Source of the DNA: Octopus sinensis
Taxonomy: Eukaryota
Direction of reading: 5' to 3'
Assembly: GCF_006345805.1 (NCBI RefSeq)
Contig: NC_043001.1
Coordinates: 75,826,001 to 75,890,000, forward strand
DNA: 64,000 nt
This document shows positions 51,826 to 64,000 of this stretch, in pieces. The notes beneath the pieces are model-generated. The model was not told the origin of the DNA, did not search any database, and worked only from the letters and a program-made list of their open reading frames with translations. How positions within the stretch are numbered: the first letter of the stretch is position 1; the number at the start of each line of letters is the position of its first letter. Both the position numbers and the translations under genes were made by a program.

Positions 51826-54800
51826 TATGATATTATACTAATATTTTACCGGAATATCTATGTACCTGTTACATTTTGGGAGCCAGTTCACTCCCTCTCT
51901 GAAACGTGTGGGTTTATGCTAGCTTTAGAAATCATTATTAAAAATTGAAGCAGGCTGAAATAATGGAGTGATAGATAAACTACCTTCTTTTATTGAGATA
52001 TGCCTTTTATGTTCTGAGTTCAAACCCTAGAATCGATATAAAAATATATATCAATTGAGTATCTAATCAATTAGATCTTCCCGTAAGATCTATTATTATT
52101 TTGTGCTTATATTAGAAATCCTGTTATTTATTCCAGTAGTTTTATGCTTATTGTATCTTTCCATTGCTCCAAAAGGTGAAACGATTGTAGATAACAAATC
52201 TATTTTAGATCTGATTATTTAAAAAATTATTCTAGTCAAACGTTTACTCTTCTAGAAAATTAACTTACTCTAGTTAATTAATTTGGCTATAAAAACAACA
52301 AATATATTTACAGTTCTCAATTTCATAGAGTTGGATTTTTATTTCTTAATTTCATAGAGTTAGATTTTACCCATTTCTTAGGAAGCTTCTTCTCTTTAAT
52401 GTATTAGAGTTTTAACCAGAAAGTTTTTGTTCCTTTTTGAAGGAAGGCCATATTAATTTTCATGTAATGGTGATGAGCTGTTTAATGTGGCTATGATTTC
52501 GTATAACGGATGTTAGCGAATGTATTTTTAGTTATGTTTAACAGAACATACGTTTGAGACAAGCTACTCTTAACCTACGGTAACTGAGGCATAAGGGAAA
52601 AAATATACCACGTCTCTATCAGAACACATCTGGGCATTAAAGCACGGGCCAGAAGAATTTTAAAATATTGTGAGCAGCGGTCGAAATATATGAAACCATG
52701 TTATGTATGGAGTGGAGTGTCTACAACATGACATTTGTTCGCCTCCGTGAAATTCTTTATAGTTACAGCGCGATTCAATTTACTAAATTCTGAACACGAA
52801 TTTCGAAGCCTCGACATGAAAATATTTACTACGGATTTTTTTCTCTCTTCACAGGTTGCATATATTTCTTATATACGTGCAATTTCTTTGAAGTTCTTCG
52901 AAAGTTCTGGAAGTTAATTTCAAATTATTTGAATATTGCTTTGTATCAGAGCCTTTCTGTAACCCAAGTATTACTAAAAGCATTTCATATTGATAAGCCA
53001 GTATCTTTTCTCAAGTTTGGAAAAAGAACTTGAATTTGTTTGCTCTACTGAAATTCCTATATAATTTATTATCATATTATTATTATTATTAATATATAAC
53101 ATAATATTATATCATAGCATATATTATTTCAGCACTGTTCGGTTGATTTTCTTTGTATTGTTAACATTCATATCACTCTCAACACTCTTTCTCTCTCTCT
53201 CTCCCCATCTCATAGTCTCTTTTATTGTTTCATATATTCTGCGGTTCTTTATTTTCCTCTCCTTCTTTTTCAAATCCAGCGAATAAAATGTATCAATATC
53301 AGTTTTTGTCTTCCTGTATGCTTCCATACATCCACTAACCACTCTCTTTCTTCCATATTCTGGATAATAACTCAAGCCTACTTTTCTTCTCTAATCATCT
53401 CTGCCTCGATACTTTTATTCCCCCTACGTTCTCAAATATATACAATGTTTCCATATTCACTTCTATCATCATTGTTATTAACCACTCTGCATTATAATTA
53501 TTTTTAAAAAGTAAATGAATATTTCTAATACATCTTATAATTATAATGTAACGCTATGTGAACACATGTTATCCTTCTTTCTATATTTTCCTTTCTGTCT
53601 TCTCTGTTTTGCATATATTTCTTTTCCTAATTTCCTATTTTCTTTATTTCTCCTCATTTTTCTCGTTTTCTCCTCATTTTCTCTTTTTTCAACTTTGAGT
53701 TTCATTATTTATCTCTCAACTTCTTTTTGCCTATCTATTTCCAATGTCCATATTTGTCTTTCATTTTTTACTTCGATTTGTATTCTAATTTTCCTTCAGT
53801 TCGATTACATTTATTTTTTACTTATCTTATTTAGAAATACATCATATGTGCGCGCCGCTTTGAAAACTATCACAACAAAACACCAAAATATTGAATTTGT
53901 TGACGAGGCTTCATATCCGAACAAACATGCATACACACACACGCACACACACATACACACACGCATACACATACACGCACACATACATTTAGCTAGCACA
54001 TCTAAGATAGGTTGGTTGAGTTTTCTTGATCGCCTTGAAACTGTTATTAACTTCCAGATGCACCACCTCATGTTGACAACACGTGCTCACACTGACTCTA
54101 TCGGCCGACGAAATTATCCCCCATACCAGTAGATGACACTGCCCTGTCATGTGATTTCACCACTTTCTGCGTGTAAATGTCAATAAAAAGAGAGATGGGA
54201 AAATAAGTGTATGAAATACATTCACAAAATTCATTATTAGCGACGTAAACGATATTAGTTCAAAATTAGAGATCTATATACATATTTAAAACTGCGATAT
54301 TCATCTTCAGAAAGTAAATCTTATACACTTAGAATACTAAAAACAAGACTATCGTCAGCAGGTGCAAGACACCAAATATTGACGGTGTCTAGATTTCTGC
54401 TTATTAGCTTCTTCAGTAACAGTTTATGTATACTGATCGCTAACTTTCAACTGATACTGCTTCTGTTCATCTCACAGATAAATGTGACATCAGTGATGCC
54501 GCATTTACTGTTCAACTATATCAGCTAGCCACCGATGTTTGCTCGACATGAGATGGTGTGAAAATTTATTTATTTTCTTCTTTCCTTATAACAATGTTCC
54601 TCTTCAATTACCAAATTTTAAATGATGAATTTTAAATTGTAAGCTTTTAAATCATAGTCACAGGAATTACGATCTGCGTTTCGACCAAATCCATATACGC
54701 TATATAAACTTGTACGTTATAAGAGTAATTAGCCGTAACCAATAGCAGTAGGGTGAAACTCGGAAATAAGACGTTACGAAATCTCAGGTTTTAGCTGTTG

Positions 54801-55206
54801 TTATTTATTAAGTACGCGTTATATATTGAGCACTCTTTCGTTAAGCTTGCTTATCTTATATAAATACACATTCAGACTAACACACATGCATAGATAAATA
54901 CAACTAATGTATATGCGTGCATAAATTTCTATATATACATACGTATATCCAAATACATATATACATACATACATATATATATGTAAATATATATATATAT
55001 TTGTATATATACACACAGTCACATACCCACACATATACATATATATTGTAGAAGGACAGAGGAAGATTTCTACATACAGACACTGCGTAAACAGACATGA
55101 ATTCAAATACGTGTACGTAAACAGATAATTTGATACTATAATATATATGTGGAAGTGTGTGCATGCATGTATGTCCATACTTACATATATATATATACAT
55201 ATATAT

Positions 55207-55300
<94 letters not shown>

Positions 55301-55600
55301 TGAATATCTATCTCTCAACTTAAGTTTCACACCGAAGATTGCAGTCGCATGACATTCGAGTCGTGGGATATATATATTCCATTCTCATAAACCATATACT
55401 TTACGAACTTTGTTGATATATATATAAAGATGTATGTGTGTGAATACATACTCATTTACATATACCTATAGATATGTGTGTATATATATACATATATATA
55501 CATACACAAACGTCCACACACGCACATATATATATACATATATATGCATATGTGTTTGAGTGTGTGTAATTGTACGTGTATACATGTATGTGCGTGTGTG

Positions 55601-55633
<33 letters not shown>

Positions 55634-55679
55634 TATATATATATATATATATAATTATATATATATATATATATATATA

Positions 55680-56040
55680 TAGGCACTGGCGTAGCTGTGT
55701 AGTAAGAAGCTTGCTTCCCAACCATATGGTTCCGGGTTCAGTGACCTCTAGCCTCGGGCTGAGTAAAGCCTTGTGGGTGAATTTGTTAGACAGAAACTGA
55801 AAGAAGACCGTCGTATGTATATATCTATGTGTGTATCTTCACCTCTGTGTTTGCCTCTCCGTCACTGCTTGACAACCGGTATTGGTGTGTTTACGTTGTC
55901 TGAAAGTAACCGATAGGATAAGTGCTGGGCTTTAAAAAAATAAACCCTAGGGTCGATTTGTGCGATCAAAATACACTTCAAGGCGGTGCTCCAGCATATC
56001 CACAGTCAAATGATAGAAACAAGTAAATAAATAAAAGAAT
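55680..56040 (+). mobile_element. SINE family A
   Basis: Family A head, body and tail, with an internal deletion. Confidence 0.8.
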
Positions 56041-56064
56041 ATATATATATATATATATATATAT

Positions 56065-56103
<39 letters not shown>

Positions 56104-56275
56104 GAAATGAAGAAAATGCTGACAAAATAATTTAAGTAATTTAAGTAATTTAATTAGGTGAAAGTTCTTTTTACCGGTTGCGCATTTGTTATGCTTATCA
56201 AAAGATATTTTTTTAAGGGAGATAGAGTTCCTTTCTGATAGATTTTTTCCTCTTATATATATAATATATATATAT

Positions 56276-56337
<62 letters not shown>

Positions 56338-56449
56338 CAACATAAAATTTCTCTGCATTTCTTTTCATCCTTTATACTACAATTTACCACGTGAAAATAA
56401 AATTTTCTATCGAACCTTTTCACTTTATTTATCCATATAAGTACATGAT

Positions 56450-56700
56450 ATTAGAGGATACGGCAGCGCTCTGTGTCCTTCAGCAAGACACATTATTTCA
56501 CGTTACTCCAGTCCACTCAGCCGGAATAAAAGTTAGTAATACCTGTATTTCAATGGGCAGTCTTGTTGCATTCTGTCTCACGCTCAATCTCTTTGATAAC
56601 TACATAATGGTTTTGTGTGTAATTTGCACTTTAAGTTACGAGCTTGGGGTCCCGTTGATCGGATCAGCTGGAACTCTCGTCATCGAAAGCGACGGAGTGT
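56450..56700 (+). mobile_element. SINE family C, 5' truncated
   Basis: Homologous to 665-927. Confidence 0.75.
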
Positions 56701-56747
56701 ATATGTGAAGACAGAGGTACACACTCACACACACACACACACACACA

Positions 56748-56778
<31 letters not shown>

Positions 56779-57041
56779 TGTATGTATGTATTCTCTACCA
56801 CGGTACCGGTGAAGGCAGTGTTGTCATGCTGCTGGTCCGAACTCTTGGTACGTCCACTAGTACTTACTCCATTTCATCTTTGCGCAACCTCATTAAGTTC
56901 GTTCGATAGCTCCAAAGCTCTTTCTGTATATTTATTATTTTTCACCGTGTGTTGTATATAGCCGTAAGGCTTCGTGCTGTTATACATGCATAATTCTTTG
57001 TCTGATGTATATATATAATGTTTTGGTTGTTTTTGTTTTAG

Positions 57042-57199
57042 TATACATGCGCTAGCTTTTACCGAGCATCGTCTCCAAAATTGAGCGGTATCAACGGTAA
57101 TGTCGCGAAACCACTACGTCATTTCGAGTCACTGACTGACGAGGAAAACTCACCGGCTAATATTCCGAGTATCGTGCCTTTGTCTAAATTTCACGTCCG
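57042..57199 (+). CDS. Candidate exon (phase 0 to 2), YTCASFYRASSPKLSGINGNVAKPLRHFESLTDEENSPANIPSIVPLSKFHV
   Basis: Strong acceptor ttttggttgtttttgttttag|, donor CCG|gtaagc, 52 open codons, CpG-rich relative to flanks. Confidence 0.6.
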
Positions 57200-57311
57200 G
57201 TAAGCGTTCGTCTAGTTTCCCGTTTACTCTGGTTCCGTCTAACTTTTTCTCCTTGTTGTGTTCTCAACCCTTGATATATACACTATATATACATTATATA
57301 ATATATATATA

Positions 57312-57405
<94 letters not shown>

Positions 57406-57416
57406 ATAAACATATG

Positions 57417-57492
<76 letters not shown>

Positions 57493-57519
57493 GTATGTAT
57501 ATATATATATATACAATAT

Positions 57520-57750
57520 ATATTATATAAAATCCGTTCTGTCTGTCTGTGTGTATGTCTTTTAGGATCTCGGGCATCCTCCATCCGATTGCGCTCAAAT
57601 TTGATATTTAGATACTGACGGTATCAGGGAGTGTATAAGCCTTGAAAAAATTACAGAAATCGATTCCAGGTGAGGATGCGATCGATAAAGCCGTGAGAAC
57701 GTGCATTTGTACACACAAGTACATCAGCTATTGCTCAAATTTAGGTTAAA
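57520..57750 (+). mobile_element. Helitron/HINE-like non-autonomous 5' fragment
   Basis: tatataaaatccgttctgtctgtctgt...ccgattgcgctcaaatttg pattern. Confidence 0.4.
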
Positions 57751-57999
57751 TCAGTGTTTCTCAAAGGGGAGACCTATGGGACGGTCAGAAAAGTTGTTTT
57801 GAGAAATTTTGGTTTAAATGTCTGACAACTCAGCACCGTCCATTGGACGCAGTGCGTTTTTGCTCGTGAATATATATATATATACACATACATACATATA
57901 CATATATATATATATATAATATATATATACATATATATATATATATATTATATATATATATATATATATAATTATATATATTATATATATATATATATA

Positions 58000-58500
58000 T
58001 TCCATCCCAAAATATATACTGGAACGTAACAGTTTACCCAAAGTAGCCCCATTCAACTTCAATCACCACCAGAAGACGGCTCCTGAACCTGGCGCCTGCG
58101 TTCTTCACTGTGTCTCTGAGAATATATTCGACTCCTTGATCTTGGCCACCAACACGATATTGGTGTTGCAGGCAGAGCGGTTAGTGTCTTTCTCAACCAT
58201 GCCACTCCACACAGTAACCCATGTTATAACAATCGCGGGGATGAAAGGTCAGAAATAGCGAGTGGTGTAATCGTAGAAATTCCCAGACAGCCACTTCTGA
58301 CGTTTTCTGGCGGTATGGCAAAACGCCAAATCCTGCTGCAGCACCTATGGCCTTCAAGCAACAACTTTCTACAGCCAGGGTTTGACTACAGTCTCAAGCA
58401 GCTTTGAATATCTGTCTGAATTGAAACTAAGGCCCACTTCAAAGACGAGGGTTAGCATAACATCACCATGAACTTACTTTTCATGATATTCATGACACGT
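58000..58500 (-). mobile_element. Degenerate Tc1/mariner-superfamily transposase fragment (maT/DD37D-like)
   Basis: Minus strand: VLQQDLAFCHTARKRQKWLSGNFYD...VEKDTNRSACNT..LVAKIKE. Confidence 0.7.
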
Positions 58501-58589
58501 CTCACAGTCTATACAGTATTTACAGTGCACTGAGCTGCAGTCATGATGTCAGAATTCTGATACTCAGCACGAATCATCATTATAAAGAT

Positions 58590-58975
58590 AGGCGCAGCAG
58601 TGGCTGTGTGGCGAGGCGCAGGAGTGGCTTGCTTACAAACCACATGGTTCCGGGTTCAATCCCACTGCGTGGCACCTTGGGCAAGTATCTTCTACTATAG
58701 CCTCGGGCCGACTAAAGCCTTGTGAGTGGATTTGGTAGACGGAAACTGAAAGAAACCCGTCGTGTATATGTATATATATAGGTATGTGTGTGTATATGTT
58801 TTTGTGTCTGTGTTTGTCCCCCAACATCGCTTGACAACCGATGCTGGTGTGTTTACGTCCCCGTCACTTAGCTTACAAAGAATAAGTCCTGGGGTCGATT
58901 TGCTCGACTAAAGGAGGTCCTCCAGCATGGCCACGGTCAAATGACTGAAACAAGTAAAAGAGTAAAAGAGTAAAG
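58590..58975 (+). mobile_element. SINE family A, near full length
   Basis: High similarity to 12587-12990. Confidence 0.9.
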
Positions 58976-59100
58976 TACACTGAGGAATTCCTGGGATAGA
59001 CCTTGCAACAATTGTATAATTACCGTGGTTGACGCTAGGTAGCCATAGGCAATGAACGTGCTTCACCGGTGTACTACAAGGAACACACCCAACACACACA

Positions 59101-59141
<41 letters not shown>

Positions 59142-59145
59142 CACA

Positions 59146-59202
<57 letters not shown>

Positions 59203-59328
59203 CATATATTCTATCCCGCTACATGTCACCTTTGCGGAGGTGCCTTCCATTATTGTTCGGCGCCGACCAAAAGCTTGTGAGTAGATTTCGCAGATGGAAA
59301 CTGAAAGAAGCCAATTGATTATATTTGT

Positions 59329-59369
<41 letters not shown>

Positions 59370-60171
59370 GTGTGTGTGTGTGTGTGTGTGTTTATGACTG
59401 TGCCTCACCACCGCTTGACAACCGGTGTTGGTTTTGTTTACGTCCCATACCTTAGCGGCACAGTAAAAGAAACCGAGAGAAGAAGTACCAGGTTTAAACG
59501 CTAATCACTGGAGCCGATCCATTCGACTAGACCCTTCAAGGTAGTGCTGCAACATAGCCGCAGTCCACTGCCGGAAAGCGTAAAAGATAAAATATTTTTT
59601 TAAGAAACCTGCATAAATACGCGCACCTGTACTACATAAAACGATGAATTTTCACATTTACTGCTAGTGTTCATAATTATTTAAATCAGATTTATTATTT
59701 ATCTATTATTTTAGTAAATAAACAATCTGATTAAAATAATTATGAACACTTGCGTTGTTACGTATTAATTGCAACATTTCTTCTTGTTCTTGCCGAATTT
59801 CGGTTTCCTTTGTTTTTTACTGTTTCTATCGTACCATTTCGCCTTTCTTACGTGCGTCTATTCTGTTGGTGTTGCTTTCTCTTTTTTTATTTTTATGTTG
59901 CCTCAGTAATTGAATATACTGGAGGAGAAGAGGTAGACAGACGTACCCATTTATACATTTACACATGTAGTGAAACCCATTTAAGATTTTCTGCGTCGTG
60001 AATATCAAAATATGAGAACCGCCCTCCGAAATATCTAGAAAAAGTTACTTTACAAGTATTAGGCTTAAAAGATTTTAATTGACAATTAAATGGGAATATC
60101 TTCTACCAAGTTTCGGTTTTAACACTACACACCATGCTACTTTCTGTACTTTAATATTTTGTACCTTTAAA

Positions 60172-60600
60172 GGCGACGAGCTTGCAGAATCGTTAGTATA
60201 CCGGGGTAGCGCATAGCGGCATTTCGTCCCTTTTTATGCCCTGAGTTCAAATCCCACCGATGTCATCTTTGTCTTTCATCCCTTTGGGGTCGATAAAATA
60301 AGTGCCAGTAGATCGCTGAGGTCGATGTAATCGACTTCACCCCTCCTCCAGAATTATTGGCCTTATACCAAAACAGTATTTGGTATCTTTAGACGGTGAG
60401 CTGGCAGAACCGTTAGCATGCAGGGCAAAATAGGGGCATTTCGTCCGTCATTACGTTCTGAATTGAAATTCTGCTGAGGTTGATTTTGACTCTCATCCTT
60501 TCAGGCTCGATAAAATAAGTACCAGTTGAGCACTGAGGTCGATGCAATCGACTTACACCCCACTTCGAAATAACTGGCTTTGTACCAAAATTTGAAACCA
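60172..60600 (+). mobile_element. Two tandem family B SINEs
   Basis: Heads at about 60172 and 60393. Confidence 0.8.
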
Positions 60601-60664
60601 ATATTTGGTACTTTTGTTGCTATTATAAGGAATACAGTGAACTTTATCTTTTCATTATGAACAT

Positions 60665-61050
60665 AGTTTGCTTACGAACCACATGGTTCTGGTTTCAGTC
60701 CCACTGTATGGCACCTTGGGCAAGAGTCTTCTACTATAGCCTCGGGCCGACCAAAGCCTTGTGAGTGGATTTGGTAAACGGAAACTGAAAGAAGCCCGTC
60801 GTGTATATGTATGTATATATGTATGTGTGTATATGTTTGTGTGTCTGTGTTTGTCCCCCCCCCCAACATCGCTTGATAATCGATGCTTGTGTGTTTACGT
60901 CCCCGTAACTTAGGGGTTCGGCAAAAAGATACCGATAGAATAAGTACTAAGCTTACAAGGAATAAGTCCTGGGGTCGATTAACTCGACTAAAAGCGGTGC
61001 TCTAGCATTGCCGCAGTCAAATGACGGAAACAAGTAAAAGAGTAAAAGAG
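60665..61050 (+). mobile_element. SINE family A
   Basis: High similarity to 12587-12990. Confidence 0.9.
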
Positions 61051-61741
61051 AGTATTATTTGATGAATATTTCCTTCACCCGATATAATGTTATGAAGCAT
61101 TTGTTTAGCTTTTATCCTTTACTTGTTTCAGTCATTACATGCGGCCATTCTGTAGCACCACATTGAAGGGTTTCAATAGAACAGATCGACTCTAGTACAT
61201 ATTGTATTGGTTTGTTTTGTTGAACTATTAATTTACAGGGACGTAAACAAAGAGACAACGGTTATCAAGCGCTGGTGGGCACAAAAACACTCATACAGAT
61301 TTATACTTAAGGACGAGTTGTCTCACCTGTCCATGATTTTCGGGTGTTTTAACATCCCATGCTTTGAGAGAGTAATCGCCACCACGCCATATTGCAGCCA
61401 ATCGGCAAATACACAAGATGTATGCGTTAAGTACGTGTGTCGATAATTTTTATGACACTAGCGCCCCTTCTATTTCATATTTGAATTTATTCTTACGTAT
61501 ACAGTGTCCGGGCGTGCCAGTACAAAGTCTTCACACTCTATGCACATAAGTCGTAGACTGGCGGTACGATTCACTTCCGATTCGGTTCGGGGTTGATAAG
61601 TCTTAAATGGGGAAATATCTGTGTCCGAAGTATATACATCAAGTATGTGTGGTCGATAATTTCATTTCATCCCATCCGATCCCATCCCAGCCCAGCCAGC
61701 CAGCTAGCCAGGCAGCCATCCATCCAGCCAGCCAGCCAAAT

Positions 61742-62225
61742 AGAATGAACCGATTTCATTATGCAATATTTTAATAAGGAAAAGCAATAGAAAACACCAG
61801 GTAAGTCACAAGTATTTAATCACAATCAGCTATAATTTCCTGTCTTACAAGTGTTCAATGTGGCCACCACCTACAGTACGGGCAACGGGCAACATCAATG
61901 AGATCAGAGAATTCCTCCCAGACAGGTTTCAGTATATCACGATCCACTGATCGCTGTTGTGTGATTTTTTTCTTGTGGGGATATGTAAAAATCGCATTTA
62001 TGTTCCACCGCTACGATGACCTTAAACATCGAATAACAATAGCGATAAACTCAGTGGATCTTCATATGCTGATACGCGTCTGGGGTGAATTCTTTTATCG
62101 CATCGATGTTCCCGTGCTGCATGTAGTGGCCACTTGTAAGGAGGAAATAAAAGTTGATTGTAAGTAAATACTTGTGACTTAGCTGGAGTTTTCTATTACT
62201 GTTTCATATTAAAATATTGCGCTAT
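61742..62225 (+). mobile_element. Fold-back derivative of a Tc1/mariner-superfamily element carrying the transposase C-terminus
   Basis: Inverted arms about 61765-61875 and 62120-62220; internal FFLWGYVK...DDLKHRITIAINSVD..ML.RVW.EF.YRIDV. Confidence 0.7.
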
Positions 62226-63014
62226 ATATAAGTTTCCAAAAAATTATCAATACAGTAAGAACATTTAATTGAGGAAATAATTCAAAGCTACTGATTATAC
62301 ACACGCGCGTGCGCACACATAAATATTTCAACAGAATGACGCAAATCTTTTGGAAAGAATGTTCGTTTTGTCTAGGCGCTTTTCGAAGTCACTGTTACCC
62401 TTTTTCGTGTAAAAGTTAAGTAAACCTGCAGTCTATTGAAAAGTATGGGGTAATCCTTTAGCTTAATGTTAAATTGTGTTAATATATAACTTGAGATAAA
62501 AACAAAGAATGATATACATATATTACTTTGGGAACCAGTCGCATTTTTAATGTATTCACTTTGAGCGGAATGTTTGAATACTTAGGGTAAAACATGTTAA
62601 TGTTTTGGGTTGTTTTTTTTTTTTGTTTTTTTGTTTCTTTGCAGACTTCTTAATACCATAATGGTTCACTTTATATCGATTTTATCCTTTTAAAATGAAT
62701 TTAGATCAGACTTATATCACAATCGTGCCAGATACTGCTCGCTGTGTAAATTCAAAATGAAGCTTTAAACGTCCAGATGTCAATGGTGGTTTTGGCCAGT
62801 TTCACTCGGGAAATTTTTATCTCGCATATTTCCCTCTAGACGACCAAATTCTGAAAACTGTAGTTGAGAAAGATCTAAAGCAAACAAATAGCACGAGTGT
62901 CTGGCATGGTTCTGAAGCGGGTTTGATCTCAGCTCTTTTTAAAGAGCAAAATCGATACAAACCAGTATTACAACCAAAAAAGTTATGCTCTGCGTTTGGT
63001 GTGATATAAAGAGT

Positions 63015-63595
63015 GACATCTGAAATGTTAAAACTATAACAAAACAGTAAATGCGGAGAAGTATTGTTATTAATTGGAAGCATTGTATAAAAATTTGCAG
63101 TAAAAGTGCCATCAGTGGTCAGTCATAAAGGCACATTGCTTTTATGTGATAATGCAAGACTACATATAGTCCAAGTCACAGAAAAAAGTTTATAACACTA
63201 AATATGTAAGTTTTGCTTCACCCTCCTTCATGAACTAGGAAAAGTGTCTAAACTTGGTCCGTTGGTCTTTCATCATCTGGCTGCTTCTCAGCTTAACCCA
63301 AAGTGTTGCTTTATGCTCCCCATTGAAGAGTAAACTTGCTACCTAAATTTTCCTGGTGATGCTCTGCAATTAGTGAGATATGAAGAGTGAAGTATGTCAT
63401 GAAATGTTAAACTAAAACAAAAGAGTTAATGCGGAGTATTGTCATTAAAAGTACCATCATAAAGGCATATTGGTCTTAAAAGATAATGCAAAACTACTTA
63501 TTGTCCAAGTCAAAGAGGAAAAGTTTATAGCGCTAAATATGTAAGCTTTGCTTCACATTGCTTATTCCACTGACATTGCCCCATCAATTCAGATG
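63015..63595 (+). mobile_element. Two tandem, highly degenerate mariner fragments
   Basis: Repeated gaaatgttaa..cta..acaaaa.ag.taaatgcggag and gataatgcaa.actac; peptides like DNARLH and AYSTDIAPS. Confidence 0.55.
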
Positions 63596-63845
63596 ATTGC
63601 GGTGTTATTTAGAAAGAAAATAGTTTATTAATTGTGAAGAGGTTAAATATTATATTGGGTGTCTGCTTCGGAACCTGAACAATTTTACGGCCGAGGGAAT
63701 CAACAATTTACCAAATAGATAGGATTATGTTATCAATAATGAAGGGAAATACATTATCTTAACTAAATATATCCTTTGAAATCAAAGAAGCGACAGGACT
63801 TTCTTTCCTATGTAATACGTCTGTATGTGTGTGTGACTGAGAATG

Positions 63846-63900
<55 letters not shown>

Positions 63901-63904
63901 AATT

Positions 63905-64000
63905 TAACAATTAAGGATAACTTCTTAATAAGGAATCTTAACAAGAAATTATCAGGTAGATAGCGTGAAAAAACTCATAAGAGAAAAATTTCGAAAATAA
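63905..64000 (-). mobile_element. Tail of the unit-2 hammerhead element family, running off the window end
   Basis: caattaagga(c/t)aact(a/t)cttaataagg...gaaatt(g/a)tcaggtagatagcgt...cgaaaataa matches 27633-27725; preceded by (TA)n. Confidence 0.85.

Noticed and set aside
53190-53420. Possible APE endonuclease remnant on the minus strand (WLVDVWK / DTFYS)
   Set aside because: Motifs lie in different frames and are too short to call.
53515-54132. 205-aa hydrophobic ORF resembling a membrane protein
   Set aside because: Derived from a T-rich low-complexity stretch plus a (CA)n repeat; F/L/S/I bias is compositional.
54385-54420. Minus-strand CUGAAGA-A-GCU(AAUA)AGC-A-GAAAUCUAGAC
   Set aside because: Lacks U16.1, has an A-A mismatch at the stem II base and no stem I.

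Overview
AT-rich eukaryotic genomic DNA dominated by microsatellites ((TA)n, (CA)n, (GATA)n, (TATG)n, trinucleotide runs) and dispersed repeats. The repeat landscape suggests a coleoid cephalopod, probably Octopus (inference, not verified). Nearly all ORFs in the supplied track are microsatellite artefacts. Supportable content: (i) about 30 copies of three or four tRNA-headed SINE families; (ii) decayed Tc1/mariner DNA transposons and MITEs, including an in-frame Tc1/mariner chimera; (iii) LINE remnants (a rearranged RTE, an R4/Dong-type RLE 3' end); (iv) Helitron-like non-autonomous elements; (v) a tRNA-Thr(UGU) pseudogene; (vi) a chain of short, phase-compatible candidate exons of an unidentified plus-strand gene with very long introns. 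The most notable signal is a set of ORF-less asymmetric palindromes sitting in (TA)n tracts (193-385, 25822-26664, 27632-28247, 28638-29677). Each carries a different type I hammerhead ribozyme, and three are clustered within 4 kb. One has a helix II of about 85 nt and one shows terminal redundancy consistent with a circular or tandem template of about 550 nt. They resemble Penelope-like pLTR or retrozyme derivatives. Indel-rich arm differences mean long-read fold-back artefacts must be excluded. All folds and translations were done by eye; no searches were run.
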